The notes beneath the pieces were generated by a model. That model had not been told where the DNA came from. It saw nothing but the letters and a program-made list of their open reading frames with translations, and made no database searches. The translations under genes were made by a program, and so were the position numbers. DNA of 64,000 bases. Origin: Zootoca vivipara. Its lineage: Eukaryota. The stretch is from positions 111,166,001-111,230,000 of the forward strand of contig NC_083276.1 of assembly GCF_963506605.1 (NCBI RefSeq), in the 5' to 3' direction. Each line of letters opens with the position of its first letter. Position 1 is the stretch's first letter. Shown piece after piece: positions 37,010-49,251 of the stretch.

Positions 37010-37327
37010 TGTCAGGGGTCAGGTTCACTTGCTGAACAGCAGCCTGAAGGTGGAGTGACTCTACCTGTAGCTGATCAGCATTTACAGAGGAGAATGCACT
37101 GATGAGAGCCAGCTGACTCTGTTCTTTTTAACAGAGCTCTCAGCAGCAGTCAGATGTTGGAAACAATGCCTGAAGTTCCTAGCTCTACCTTGCTGCTTCC
37201 TGCTGGACCTGTGACTCTGCAATCATCTGAACTCCCTGACCTCTGGACTGTCAAACTGTTCTCAGGTAAGAGTTCCTCACATACTCCTAACCCCTGCTTG
37301 CAACAGAACTCAGACAAAGCTATGACA
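37010..37327. mobile_element. Solo LTR (second family)
   Basis: TGTCA...TGACA ends with 5-bp TSD acaat. Confidence 0.8.
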
Positions 37328-37841
37328 ACAATTACTATGTTCTGGAGAACAATTTGCAAATGCATGTTGTGGGAGCATCAGAATTTCCAGAATTCAATAA
37401 GCCAGGTTTTACTTAAAATATGAATAACCAGTTTCCAAAATCTGTAGTATTTTTCTTAACCAACCTCACTGTTTGAGAAAGGATAACATTCTGTTACAGG
37501 AGTGGGGAACTTCAGGTCTTAGGGTCAAATGTAGTCCTCTGGGTCTATCTGGTCCTTGACTCTTCCCCAGCTCACACCTCCGCCCTAACCATGCCCTCTC
37601 TCCCCAAGCTACATTCCCTCAGTGATCCAACATTACAGTATATCTTCTTTGCATGTTTTTGACTAGCTGGAAATAATATCCTTGAACTGTGATAATGCCA
37701 CTTGCTTTCCTGGATGAAGGATGGACAGATGTGTTTGGGTTATGAGTATGTGTGAAAACATCTGGCTTATACTATGTCACACCTGCCGTTCGCTGCACTT
37801 TTGTCTCTGTCCCCACCCACCACTGAAATGGAAGATACCCT

Positions 37842-38323
37842 TCAGAGACTGGGCAGATGAGGAGTGGTGGAGACCACCACCCCAAGAGCCTTCCAGAGAG
37901 GAGGAAGAGGGGGAGAGAGTATGGACCTAGCTTCGTGGTGGTTTGAGATGGGACATACCCCAGAAGAAAGGAGCTGGGAAATAATGGGTGGCGAAGAACA
38001 GGAGCAAGTTAGCAGGTGCACCAGCCCTGAACAGAGACAGGAGTCAGATGTGTTAGAAACAGTACAGCAGCCAAGTGACACGCTGTCTCTGGAAAGTATG
38101 TTGGAGCCCCCTCCTTTCCCTAGGACCAGGTGCACCCTTCGTGTCTCAGAGCAGAGAGGGATTCCCTTAGCATCCACCGTAGGTAGCAGGAGGGGTCTGA
38201 GGGGGCTGGAGTGGCACGCTGATCAATGCCAGTTCAAGCTTCCTCCATTTCTGTGGGTCAAAATAAAAGAACGGAAAGAAGCTGTCTGATTTCACTAGGC
38301 AGTTAGCCAGGGAGCTGTTGACA
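37842..38323 (+). mobile_element. Solo LTR (Gypsy-like), copy 3, apparently nested in an older hAT-like element (~37497-38370)
   Basis: Homologous to 25694-26234 including the 3' ctgatttcactaggcag..tgaca end. Confidence 0.75.
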
Positions 38324-38686
38324 GCACACCTGACAATAGGGAGTGTGGGCTGAAAAGGGTTCTCCCAATGTTCTGTTATGAGTAATCCAGTCTAAATTAC
38401 AATCTTGACACCCACTAAGCTTGTAAAGACCTGCTTTCTGGCTTCATAGCTCCATAGAAGTGGAATGATAGACCTGGCGGAGGGATTTTAAAGCAAATAC
38501 AAACCGTGTTCCCTGTTTTGAATGTTATAAAAATCCCCTGAGATCCTAAAGATTACAATAGATGCTGCCTTTCACCAACATTTAAATGTCAGAATAAAAG
38601 TAAATGGGAAGTAGATGGGCAACATATTTATAAATATATATTCCCAAGGAAAGGGATGCAGTGCCTTTACTTTTTCTTCTGCTTAC

Positions 38687-39408
38687 CTGAAACGTTAGAG
38701 AGGCCAGTGTCAGAAAATCTCCACTTTTATACAATTGGTAAATGGTAAGCAATCTGAAATTGCACTACTTACTATTTTTTTGGAAGTTCTGGTATGTAAG
38801 GGTAACAGAAAAATGACCACTAACAAATGATGTTTCCATCTCTGGCAACTGATGATAGCTTTTGTATATGACATTGCATGTTCACTCACACTACCTTTGA
38901 TATCTGAGGAAGGTTCCTGAGTTGAGAGATTTTGGTGAGGCTGATCCATCATTTGATGGCCGATGGTTGGTGTGTGCTGTTGTGTTGAAAATACCATTGT
39001 TTTTATTATTGAAATCCTAGTCTTCCACTGATGCACATCTTGTGTTTTTCTTGAGAAATCAGCTGGGAAGCCCAAATTACTCTGCTGGAATTCACTTTTC
39101 TGATGAAGAGTCCTCGAGAGCCCAGCTCCCTTCCCTTGGGCTTTAACTATTAAGGAATCAAAAAGCTGCTGGTCAATATTGAATGGTTTAACAAGCTGTT
39201 GTTTGGATTGGTAGATGTCATGGCTGTGATTCAACAAGTTGCTTTTAATTAGTTGCAGTGTCACTTTTGAAGGGTGGTTTTGTACAACAGGGGATTTCAC
39301 AAAGCTGACAGAAGGTACCTCAGTCAGCTTTTAATGACTTCTTTTAAACCTGACTGACAGTCCAACAGCTCTTTCAAAGTAGGTCAAGGTTACTTTGACG
39401 CTTGCTTC
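38687..39408 (-). pseudogene. Decayed large exon, tentatively CIROZ/C1orf127-like C-terminal region
   Basis: Acceptor ttcttcatttctcctgcccag|G and donor CAG|gtaag; one frame open for ~230 codons apart from TAA 39333-39331 and TGA 38712-38710; HQNLSTQEPSSDIKG resembles recalled human HMDLSSSEPSQDIEG (not database-checked). Confidence 0.45.
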
Positions 39409-39580
39409 CTGGGCAGGAGAAATGAAGAATGGTTTGAAACAAAAATGTAAGGATGGAGAGAATACCATGAATATGATCATTGCTATTCCCTTCTCCAGCA
39501 TGCCTGAGTATGCTTTATTTAATTCAAATAAAATACCCATCATTATGCTGTGTGTTTGTATTTGTGTACTACTATTGCAA

Positions 39581-39918
39581 GAAGGAGCGTCTCCACCCCC
39601 ATCGTCCTGCCCGGACACTGAGGTCCAGCGCCGAGGGCCTTCTGGCGGTTCCCTCACTGCGAGAAGCGAAGTTACAGGGAACCAGGCAGAGGGCCTTCTC
39701 GGTAGTGCCACCTGCCCTGTGGAATGCCCTCCCATCAGAGGTCAAAGAGATAAACAACTACCAGACTTTTAAAAGACATCTGAAGGCAGCCCTGTTTAGG
39801 GAAGCTTTTAATGTTTAATAGATTATTGAATTTTAATATTCTGTTGGAAGCCGTCTAGAGTGGCTGGGGAAACCCAGCCAGATGGGCGGGGTATAAATAA
39901 ATTATTATTATTATTATT
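39581..39918 (+). mobile_element. L2 LINE 3' end
   Basis: ORF2 C-terminus RTLRSS..RAFSVV.P.LWNALP..FKRHLKAALF; 3' UTR and (TTA)n tail. Confidence 0.9.
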
Positions 39919-40680
39919 TACCATGGGAGGTTGCAACACCTCCCTGTGCATATATTTTCAAACCACCAGACTGCCATGACACCAAATGTCAGGGATGAAA
40001 AGCAGCTCCTTGCCCTCTGAGCAACAGCGTCTGTGCTTTAATTTTGCCCCCATAGGTTCTAATGGCAATATTAGGAGACAGTAACTGACTGTGGCATGAG
40101 AATTTTCTAAATGAATAAAGTGGGGTCACCTGTTCTCTGATGATCCCAACCGTTGAGATTTAAGTTGTTGCTAACGCCATGAAATTACGTCACCATAAGA
40201 CTTGAGTGGTACTTTTTAACCTTATTAGGCCTGGATGATTTTGTTTCAGAGCATCTCCTCCTATGAAGAGATGCCAGTTCTGTGTTTTGATTCATGTATC
40301 TGTATGCTGATAAAGATTGATTGATTGAAGTTGCTGCTACTGCTTAACCCTACCTCAGACTGTACTTCTTGGTTTCATAAAAACCTAACAGCAGAGGTGA
40401 GGAACTTGGAGATCAGTAACAGCTGGAGGACTACAACTCCCATCAGTCCTAACTAGCCTGGCCAATGATTATGCATTGTGGGTCTCCTCACGTCTGCTTT
40501 ATGGAATATGGTCAGCTGGTTTTAATATATCAGATGATATACCCTTGAAGAAGAAGAGTGCATTCCGTATCCTTTAAAATCAATGAGAGATTTTTCCCGT
40601 TGACTCAGTGGACTGTGGACTAAATAACTATGGTATTTTTTCCATTTGGAACAAGAATTGTTGAGTTTCATACAAACCTA

Positions 40681-41006
40681 GGTAAAGGTAAAGGGACCCC
40701 TGTCCAGTTGTGACCGACTCTGGGGTTGCGGTGCTCATCTCACATTATTGGCCTGCAGCTTCCAGGTCATGTGGCCAGCATGACAAAGCTGCTTCTGGCA
40801 AACCAGAGCAGCACATGGAAACATTGTTTACCTTTCCACTGTAGCAGTACCTATTTATCTACTTGTACTATGACGTGCTTTCGAACTGCTAGGTTGGCAG
40901 GAGCTGGGACCGAGCAACGGGAGCTCACCCCGTCACGGGGATTCGAACCGCCAGCCTTCTGATCGGCAAGCCTTAGGCTCTGTGATTTAACCCACAGCGC
41001 CACCCA
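40681..41006 (-). mobile_element. Sauria SINE
   Basis: ggtaaaggtaaagggacccc...ggattcgaacc...cccacagcgccaccc. Confidence 0.9.
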
Positions 41007-41493
41007 CACATCCTAAATACACACCTACATGATGGGTTAAGATTATGTGTTAGTGGGTTGACAGAGAGAGATTGATTGCTCAGACTGATTAGTGGGAATG
41101 GTATTTTGAAAGCAGGAGGCACAATCTTTCAGATGGCTATGCATACTTTTCCATCACAACACCCAGCTTAAGCTTAATGGAACAGCCTGCACATTAGCAG
41201 CTTGGTCATGTTTACCTTTCCTGCTTATCAAAGGTGAATTTGATTGAAATTTCCCTTTAACATAGAACAGCTGTTGTAATTCACTTGGAAATGTCAGGGC
41301 TAATGAGAGCTTTGTGGTATTTAGGTGCTTCATGGGATTATTACACTCATATGAAGAGTAGTATGGAACTAAGGACATACTTCAGTATTTTAGTGGAAGG
41401 AAATAAAACCAGGCAACAGCACAATCCCCAAGGCCTATGGAAGATTATACGTATTTTCTAGAGAATGTATAGAATGCAGTTGAGAGATGCACA

Positions 41494-41794
41494 CATAGCT
41501 GCCAAGTCTCCCGTTTTCCCCTGGGAAATCCCCGTTTTTCCAGTTGTTCCTAGCGGTGGCCATTTTGGAACTGGGCGGAGCATGCTCAGAAGCGACTTTT
41601 GATGCTGCTTTGCCCAGTTCCAAAATGGCTGCAGTGCGACTTCTGGCACGGCAGCCATTTTGGAACTGGGCAAAGCAGCATCAAAAGTCGCTTCTGAGCA
41701 TGCTCCGCCCAGTTCCAAACTGGCGGCAGCGCTACTTCCGGTCTGCTATTTCCGCCCGGTCCCTTATTTCTCTGACAGCAACTTAGCAGGTATG
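41494..41794. mobile_element. hAT MITE, same family as 14319-14664
   Basis: TSD gatgcaca; TIR catagctgccaagt / acttagcaggtatg. Confidence 0.93.
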
Positions 41795-43073
41795 GATGCA
41801 CATTCATGCATATTGGCTTGAAGAAAGTACAAAAGATACTTGAGAGATGCACATTTCCCAAGGCATGTTGGAGAATATGCAGACTGACCAGAAATTGTGC
41901 ACAATTGCTTTGTGAACAGATTAGGGCCACATACGGACACACATTTGTACATTGGTTTGGTGGAAATGTTAAGAAACAATAGAAGTCTCTCTTGTTGAGA
42001 AGATCACACTGATGTGTTTGATTTTGGATCTTGGAAGTGAGAAGAGTTAAGCTGGTTAAAATTCAATAGCTACCTATTGCATATAATTATCTTCTTTCTT
42101 CTTCTTTGGTGATCACTTGTAGCTGAGTAAGATTGTCTTCCATAAACACAAACACACACACAGTTTTAACAGTGTAATTATAATTATAGCACTGCCACGA
42201 AGGTGCCAGTTCTCAGAAATATCACTGCCTATATGAGCAAAGCCAATCAGGAGCTTTGTTTGGTTGTTGATTTATATTCAATTTGTTTAATCAAAACTTT
42301 TATGCTCCTGTTATCCTCCAGTTTTGAGCCCAGGACAGCTAACAAGAATGAATAAAACAGCTGTAGAAAATGAAAACAAAGTTAAAAATCACAAAATCAT
42401 AGTAAAACTACAATAAGAACAGCAGTTATGATATCTATATTGTTCCTATCCCTGCATATCCTAAACATATTCCATACATAAAACACATTGTTACAAACAA
42501 CAAAACCATTTCATAATGAAAAGTTAATTGCAATGAAAAGGGACAGAATGATTGCTGTACATATCATACAACAAGTGTGAATAAATTTTTCTCGGCAGGT
42601 CTGTGATTTTTTTGGGGAGGAGAGGAAATATAATATCATTGTCTTTAAAAACCTGCCTAATTTGCAGCAAGTCTTCCTGGTTTTCCTGTGCAATTCCCAA
42701 GTTTAGGCTGCAGTCCTATAGGTGCTGTTAACTCCCACTGAACTCAGCGGGGCTCACATCTGAATAGACATGTAGAAGACTACGCTGTTAGTAAAAATAA
42801 CAACAAGAAAAAATACAGACACTCAAACAGAGCATTCAATAGCCATTTGTTCAACGGATATAGAGCCCATTGCTTCTGCTATATTAAAGTGTTCAGCGTG
42901 TGTTAAATTGAAGGGAACAGTGATGGTCACAGCTGGAATTAAATTTAACACAAAAAAAGAAATAATTTAATTCTAACTTTTATGAGTCATAAAAATTGCC
43001 TTCATAGAAGTGGATGATTGCCTTGCACAAAAAAAAAAGTGTGTGCGTATTCACACACAAGCACACTTTGAAA

Positions 43074-43209
43074 CAGGCATCCCCAAACTGCGGCCCTCCA
43101 GATGTTTTGGCCTACAACTCCCATGATCCCTAGCTAACAAGACCAGTGGTTGGGGAAGATGGGAACTGTAGTCCAAAACATCTGGAGGGCTGAAGTTTGG
43201 GGGTGCCTG
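43074..43209. mobile_element. 136-bp palindromic hAT MITE
   Basis: TSD ctttgaaa. Confidence 0.93.
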
Positions 43210-44460
43210 CTTTGAAAGAGTGGCCCCAATGGCCAACATGTGAGATACAGGAACAACAGAAATCTAATTCTGAATAGGTGCCATTGGCTTCATTACTGAA
43301 GTGCTATGTATCAGATTTCAGTACTGGGTAACAACATGGCTGAACAAGATGGGCTTCCCTCTTGTGTTTTATAAGTTGTTAAAGAAGAGTCATGCTGCCT
43401 TAAGAGCAAAGCAGCGGAGGGGAGGGAGGATGTATACCAGAAGTTGCACACTGTGGGCTGTCTCTCATTGATATACCCAGGGCTTTGAAAATAATGAGAC
43501 TAACCCCCCCCCCCAAGTCTATGGAGTTCCATGTATTATTGACAGACTTCCTAAGGCTCTCTGTGTGCGAATAAAAGGTATACTGACGGTGCCAAAGACA
43601 CAGGGTGGAGACATTGTTAGGGCTGCTTCACACTTGTTTGAAGTCTCCCACCTGGGAAGCTTGGATCCACATGGAGGCATCAGTGGGTTTGCATAGGACG
43701 CTTGCTCATAAGTAGGCACAGTCCGTCTTCAATGGAGCCTCCTTTTCTAGGAAGACAGCCAATCAAAAATGGATTGGGGTGGTGACAGAGACTACAGTGG
43801 CTGCATTTCTAGAACCCAACTGGGGCAACCACTTCACATTTCTATGGTGTTCTCCTTTGAGTGCTGAGTAAGTTCCCTTAGACTAATATGGGTGTATCCA
43901 TTTCCCAATATTCTCTCCCTTGCTCTTCCTGGGGCATGCATAGCCATAGAACAGTACTCAAAGGAGAAGACACTCCTGTTAATCCCATTAATCCCCCCCA
44001 CTAGCCATTCCCCAGTACTGCCCATGCATTGAGAGCATGTCTGCAGTGGGGCAGTCTACCAAACACATATTGATAGTGCATATGGACAGCCCATGCGCTT
44101 TCCGCAGGCTGGCTGCCCTCAAAGCATGAACATTATTGAGGTGGGACCAGTGTGGGGTGGGTGCAGAGTGAAAGTGTGGGCCTGATTTCTTCCCCCAAGC
44201 AATTATAGTTGTGTGGTTATTAACACCCAATAAATCCACTGTCTCAAAAGAGATTTGGTGCTCAAAATGAGCTTGGTTGGAGGAGGGACTACATTGAATA
44301 GCTAACGGCACCTCCTAATCAGAAGTAAATCCTACTGAGTTCAATAGAACTAACTCCCAAGTAAATGGCATTAGGCATTAGTGAAGTGAGGGTAGTAGGA
44401 AGGCATGAAAGAATGAGCTTTAACTAAGACACATTATTCAATACCTGCAACCTTCTAGCG

Positions 44461-44718
44461 TTTTTTTATTTTAAATTTTTATTTTAGTTTTTGCATAATA
44501 TCGTACAATACACATTAAAAAGTTTCACCATTCTGATCCGTTGACTCCCCCACCCCCTTCCAAGTTTCCATTTTTCTAATTTAGGTTCCTTATATCTCCA
44601 TAGCTTTTCTAACTAATTTTCAAATCTTTATCTTAATCCTTATTTTATATATTACTTCATAGATGTTACATCAAGCCTGCTAGTATTTTAACATATTTAA
44701 CATTGTAAGAGTTTTTAA
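44461..44718 (-). mobile_element. Old L1-type 3' UTR fragment
   Basis: T-run, tttatt, then gactcccccacccccttcc, as in other L1-like tails here (5344, ~29625). Confidence 0.5.
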
Positions 44719-44854
44719 CAGTGCTATTTTCCTAGAAAAAGAAGTGCCGGAACTCACCAGCAACACCTCCCTTGTTCTCTTATATTGGCAATGGTGCACA
44801 CCTAAGAAGTGCCGGAACTGAGTTCCAGTGAGCTCTGGCTGGAAAAAAGCCCTG
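44719..44854. mobile_element. hAT-like non-autonomous element
   Basis: cagtgctatttt / aaaaaagccctg; inverted homologue of 1161-1278. Confidence 0.75.
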
Positions 44855-45886
44855 TTGTTATTATTATTATTATTTCCATAACACAAATCATCTAGAACAG
44901 GAAAAAATGGTAGTCTCTTAAAAACTGAGAAGAAAGAAAGGATGGGCTCTTGGAAGGATGTTGCTTAATTTGATAATTCCATGGGTGAAGCAAATGTTTA
45001 AATATCCCATTAATGTACGCTGCAACATGTCCCAGTGCCTCTTGCTCTTTTAAGTTGGAAAATCCTACAAGCATTGAGTAATCCTTCATCCTTCTTGAGA
45101 AAATGTATAGCAATATTATGTTTGTTCAAATAGATTTCTCCTAATCCTTCCAGAAATACTTTTATGAAATCTAGAGGGCTGTATTTACTCTTGTGCATTC
45201 CCAGTTAGGAGACAGATAAAGTTGAAAAGAAGAAATTTTTATGTTCAACTGATGTCTAATAGAGGGGAAAGACTAAGTAAAATTCAAAACGGAGGCTGTC
45301 TCTTTTCTGTTTCCTCTTTGAGCTATCAACATACTCCGTTTGGGTGCTAGCAGAAGCACTGTATGAAGGCACAGTTTCAAAGCACCATGAAATGATGATC
45401 ACCAAGGCATGTAGGAAGCTCCTGCAAGACATAGGCTTCCTTTTTTACTCCAGTGTAATGGACAGCTTCAGGCTTAAGATGTGTGCATTTGGCTGCTTTC
45501 AACAATGCAGTCAACAAAGAAACCTGTAAACATCCAGGAGGAGCTCATGCACTTGCCACGCAACCATGGACACATTTGAATTGCTGCCATGCTGCAGATA
45601 GCTTGAAATACAGCACCATCAGAACTTCCAAGGATGCAAAATCCAAGGTAATTCTCACCAGCTCCTCTTGACTTCCTGTGGCGGAGGAGTGACCCCATCA
45701 TCTGCAGAAATTGTGGCTGTGAAGTGGATGGAAAGTTCCAAAGTAAGAAATGAACTTTGTCTCCCAGCCTTCCTTGTCCTATTTCATGAGAAGGCAACCT
45801 GAGTTGAGGGAGGGGGGCAGGTAGAATGAGATAGTGTGTACACTGTCCCTGCCTCAGTCTCTGTGTGTTCAGTGGACCGTCTAAAA

Positions 45887-46022
45887 CAGGCATCCCCAAA
45901 CTGCAGCCCTCCAGATGTTTTGGCCTACAACTCCCATGATCCCTAGCTAACAGGACCAGTGGTTGGGGAAGATGGGAATTGTAGTCCAAAACATCTGGAG
46001 GGCCGAAGTTTGGGGATGCCTG
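45887..46022. mobile_element. 136-bp palindromic hAT MITE
   Basis: TSD gt(c/t)taaaa. Confidence 0.92.
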
Positions 46023-46092
46023 GTTTAAAAGGAACTGATTTGCGAATATGGACTGTGGTTTTGTTTTGTTTTTTGGAAGGTTCCTCATCCTA

Positions 46093-46418
46093 GGGACGTG
46101 GATGGCACTGTGGGTTAAACCACTTGCCAATCAGAAGGTCAGTGGTTCGAATCCCCGCGATGGGGTGAGCCCCCGTTGCTCGGTCCCAGCTCCTGCTAAC
46201 CTAGCAGTTCAAAAGCACATCAAAGTGCAAGTAGATAAATAGGGACCGCTACAGCGGGAAGGTAAACACCGTTTCCATGTGCTGCTCTGGTTCGCCAGAA
46301 GCGGCTTTGTCATGACCTGGAAGCTGTACGCCGGTTCCCTCGGCCAATAACGTGAGATGAGTGCCACACCCCCAGAGTCGGTCACGACTGGACCTAATGG
46401 TCAGGGGTCCCTTTACCT
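46093..46418 (+). mobile_element. Sauria SINE
   Basis: Head, B box, core and ccctttacct tail. Confidence 0.9.
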
Positions 46419-46509
46419 CTACCATCCTGTATACAAAGCCTTATCTGCATACACTTGAATATGCATTAGGCTCCACTTTGACCTTCAGTTGAACTTGTGT
46501 AGGTTACAG

Positions 46510-46945
46510 CTGGGGTGATAAAATCTTTCCATTTCAGTTTCTCCTTTTTACGATCTGAAATTCAGTTTTCCACATTTCCACACCAATTTGTGATTCTCCC
46601 CGCCCCGCCAACCGAATATACCAGCATTTTAGAGCGACTGTATCTTAATTGCACATTTTTGTCCATTTTGCCAAATATACACATTTTTTGCAAAGTGCTT
46701 TCCCCAAATGTAATGGTTTTTTTTGTTATTTTCACTACTATATGCATTTTATGCACACTTTATCGCAACACATGCATTATTATTATTTTTTGCAAATTGC
46801 ATAGGCTGTACAATTGCCCTGCAAAATCAGAAGTGTGAATTTTGAAGGATGCCTGTATTTTGGTTTGCATAATTTTTGTGAGGCATGAATCGGACAGAAT
46901 CAACTTTAAAGGCAAAGTGAATCCACTTCAACTCCACTCCCACCG
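46510..46945. mobile_element. Old DNA-transposon-like repeat (related piece ~34470-34920)
   Basis: Shared ttcagtt(t/c)tcca(c/t)att and agaagtgt...ttgaagga blocks; boundaries approximate. Confidence 0.5.
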
Positions 46946-47293
46946 CCATGCATTTAGTCTGCATGCTTGGAAGTTCTTGTTTTGGCTGCATAAGCAAAGT
47001 CTCACAGCTTCTAAAATAGCTTGTCACTGAAGTGCCCTTCTTCATAGCTGAAGGACATTTCACCTCTCACTTCACAGAATTACTGTTTTGGAGGAGATGG
47101 ACAGAAAGCCACTCATCTATTCCATCCCTGACCATACTTGTTATCAGACCATTATTTTCCAAGATTGACAGAAATATATTTCTTTCTTTCATTCTAAGTC
47201 TCCCTCGTGTATTTAAGTCAAGTTGTGGTGGTGGTTGAAGCATGATGCATTGTGGAGAAATATCAGGTGGTATATATGAATAATACATTATCA
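46946..47293 (-). pseudogene. Candidate decayed exon of the same - strand gene
   Basis: Branch-like gctaac plus tttatttctctttag|TG; frame open ~115 codons except TGA 47069-47067; cut off by a repeat. Confidence 0.3.
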
Positions 47294-48505
47294 CTAAAGA
47301 GAAATAAATCCTGTTAGCATTGGGACTGATCTATGAAAGGGGAAGGACTATGGAGTATAATAATCATTTAATGAAAACATGAGTGATTGCTTTTCTGAAT
47401 TTATTATTGTCAGCAGTCATGTGTACTAACTCAGGTAGAAAGTCCAACACCTTCATTCTATATTAGCAATTACTGTATTCTGCAGTAGACGAATTTGCTT
47501 CTAAAGAATCTCTTCTATGGAAAGGGATTTGTGGATTGTATACTTCCTTGTCACAGCCATTTTTAATTTTTATTAAATATAACAATATAAATTGTGTCAC
47601 TTACCTATCTATAATTTTACTATTTATTTATTACATTTATATATTGACTTTCTGCCAAGGCACCCAATGTGATTTACAGGTTTAAACAGAGGCTTGATAT
47701 TAAGACATCTTTTTAGAAAATAGAGTGTTATATACCGTATTAATATTTGATCAGGTGATGAAAAGTCATTTTTAAAAATCACTTGGGATTACAGTAATAT
47801 ACATGGCCAAGATCCATTCAAATTTAAGTGTCTATGCTCCATTGCTTACACTGGAACAGATTTAATTTTTCTGTTGACATTAAAATGCTGAACTATGGTT
47901 AGATCTGCTTGTGGATTTCTGCTTGTGGACATGGTTGGCCACCATGAGAACAGAATATGGTATCTAGCAGCTGGTTTATCCCCTTAAAAGGCCAGTAACA
48001 AATATTTCTCATACATGCTTGTGGAAAATATAAAGTCAGTTCATTGATGTCTGTCATATTCCAGAGCTTCTTTGGCCACTCGGAGATTTGAGGTAGAAAT
48101 GGCACTTCAAAGCTTTTGCAATGATGAGAGTTGCTGTGGTATTTGCTGGAGTGATGAGATTTGCCAAAGCTAAGCACATTTAAACCCCATTCATTTAAGT
48201 AGATGAGCCAAACATGTGGTTTACAGCATAATTCTGTGCATGTCGGCTTGGAAGTGTCATTGTTTTGAGGGGAGCTTACTCCCAGGTAAATGTGTGTAGA
48301 ATTGCAGCTAGACAGAGCAATCCAGGTGTATATGACCTCATGGTGAAGCAACATGCTAGGAAATGTCAGGATGGGAAGTAAGGTCTTTCCTGCTTTTGAA
48401 TTCCTTTGTTCTTTCACTTCTTATTTTTAATTTTTCCTTCTTGTTGTCATGGACCCTTTTAGGGGCTGGGTGATTTAGAGTGGCTAATGTAGGAAGTGTT
48501 GCTTG

Positions 48506-48720
48506 TACGGTTGCCAGACTCAATAGAGGACAGGACTTCTGTGCCTTTAATTGCCCTGCTCTCTTTTGCGTCTGGAAACCTTAAAGAGAAACCAGCAGAC
48601 CCTTTGCTTGGAAATTAAACAAAGGGTCTTCTGGTTTCTCTTTAAGGTTTCCAGACTCAAAAGAGAGCAGGGCAATTAAAGGCACAGAAGTCCTGTCCTC
48701 TATTGAGTCTGGCAACCCTA
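48506..48720. mobile_element. 215-bp foldback hAT MITE (inverted relative to 15623)
   Basis: Near-identical to 15623-15837; TSD gttgct(t/g)g. Confidence 0.93.
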
Positions 48721-49251
48721 GTTGCTGGCATTTAGATCTGGTGTTGGATCCTGGAATCCATGAGGGCAAGCTAGTGATATTTACCACAAGCTTACACTAG
48801 CACACCTGACTCACACAATAGAAGCTTCCCCTGTCTGCCACAATGAAACTCTTAATTACTCACAGGAAGGCTAAATCACACATAACATTCTCTGGGCACA
48901 TGCAGATTTCCAGCTGAACTATGAGACTCAGTTACTCTTCTGAACTTTCAAGTTGGTTGCTTTGTTTGTTTTCATGGTGCACACATTTTATTTTGCAGCC
49001 TACTGTCAGAACTCTAAATAAATAAATCCGTTGCTTGTAAGCTACTGATAACTCTGCTATCTATGAATAGATCTCAGAAAGGCCCTCTAAGCTACAGACT
49101 ATCATCACATCTTGGAGCAGCAGGTTCCACAACTTAGTTTTGCACTAGATTTGAGGAAGTCTTTCCTTTATATTTGCCTCAGATCTCCTTCCAATCCATT
49201 GATTTGAATAACCTGAGCTCTAGTCTTGCGTGTTAAGCTCCCAAGACCTCC

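Noticed and set aside
45474-46130. 218-aa ORF, the longest non-L1 ORF
   Set aside because: Starts in a Sauria SINE and runs through a hAT MITE, so it is not a coherent gene
47899-48417. 172-aa ORF
   Set aside because: Both ends overlap degenerate repeats and no recognisable domain is present; the middle ~170 bp remains unassigned
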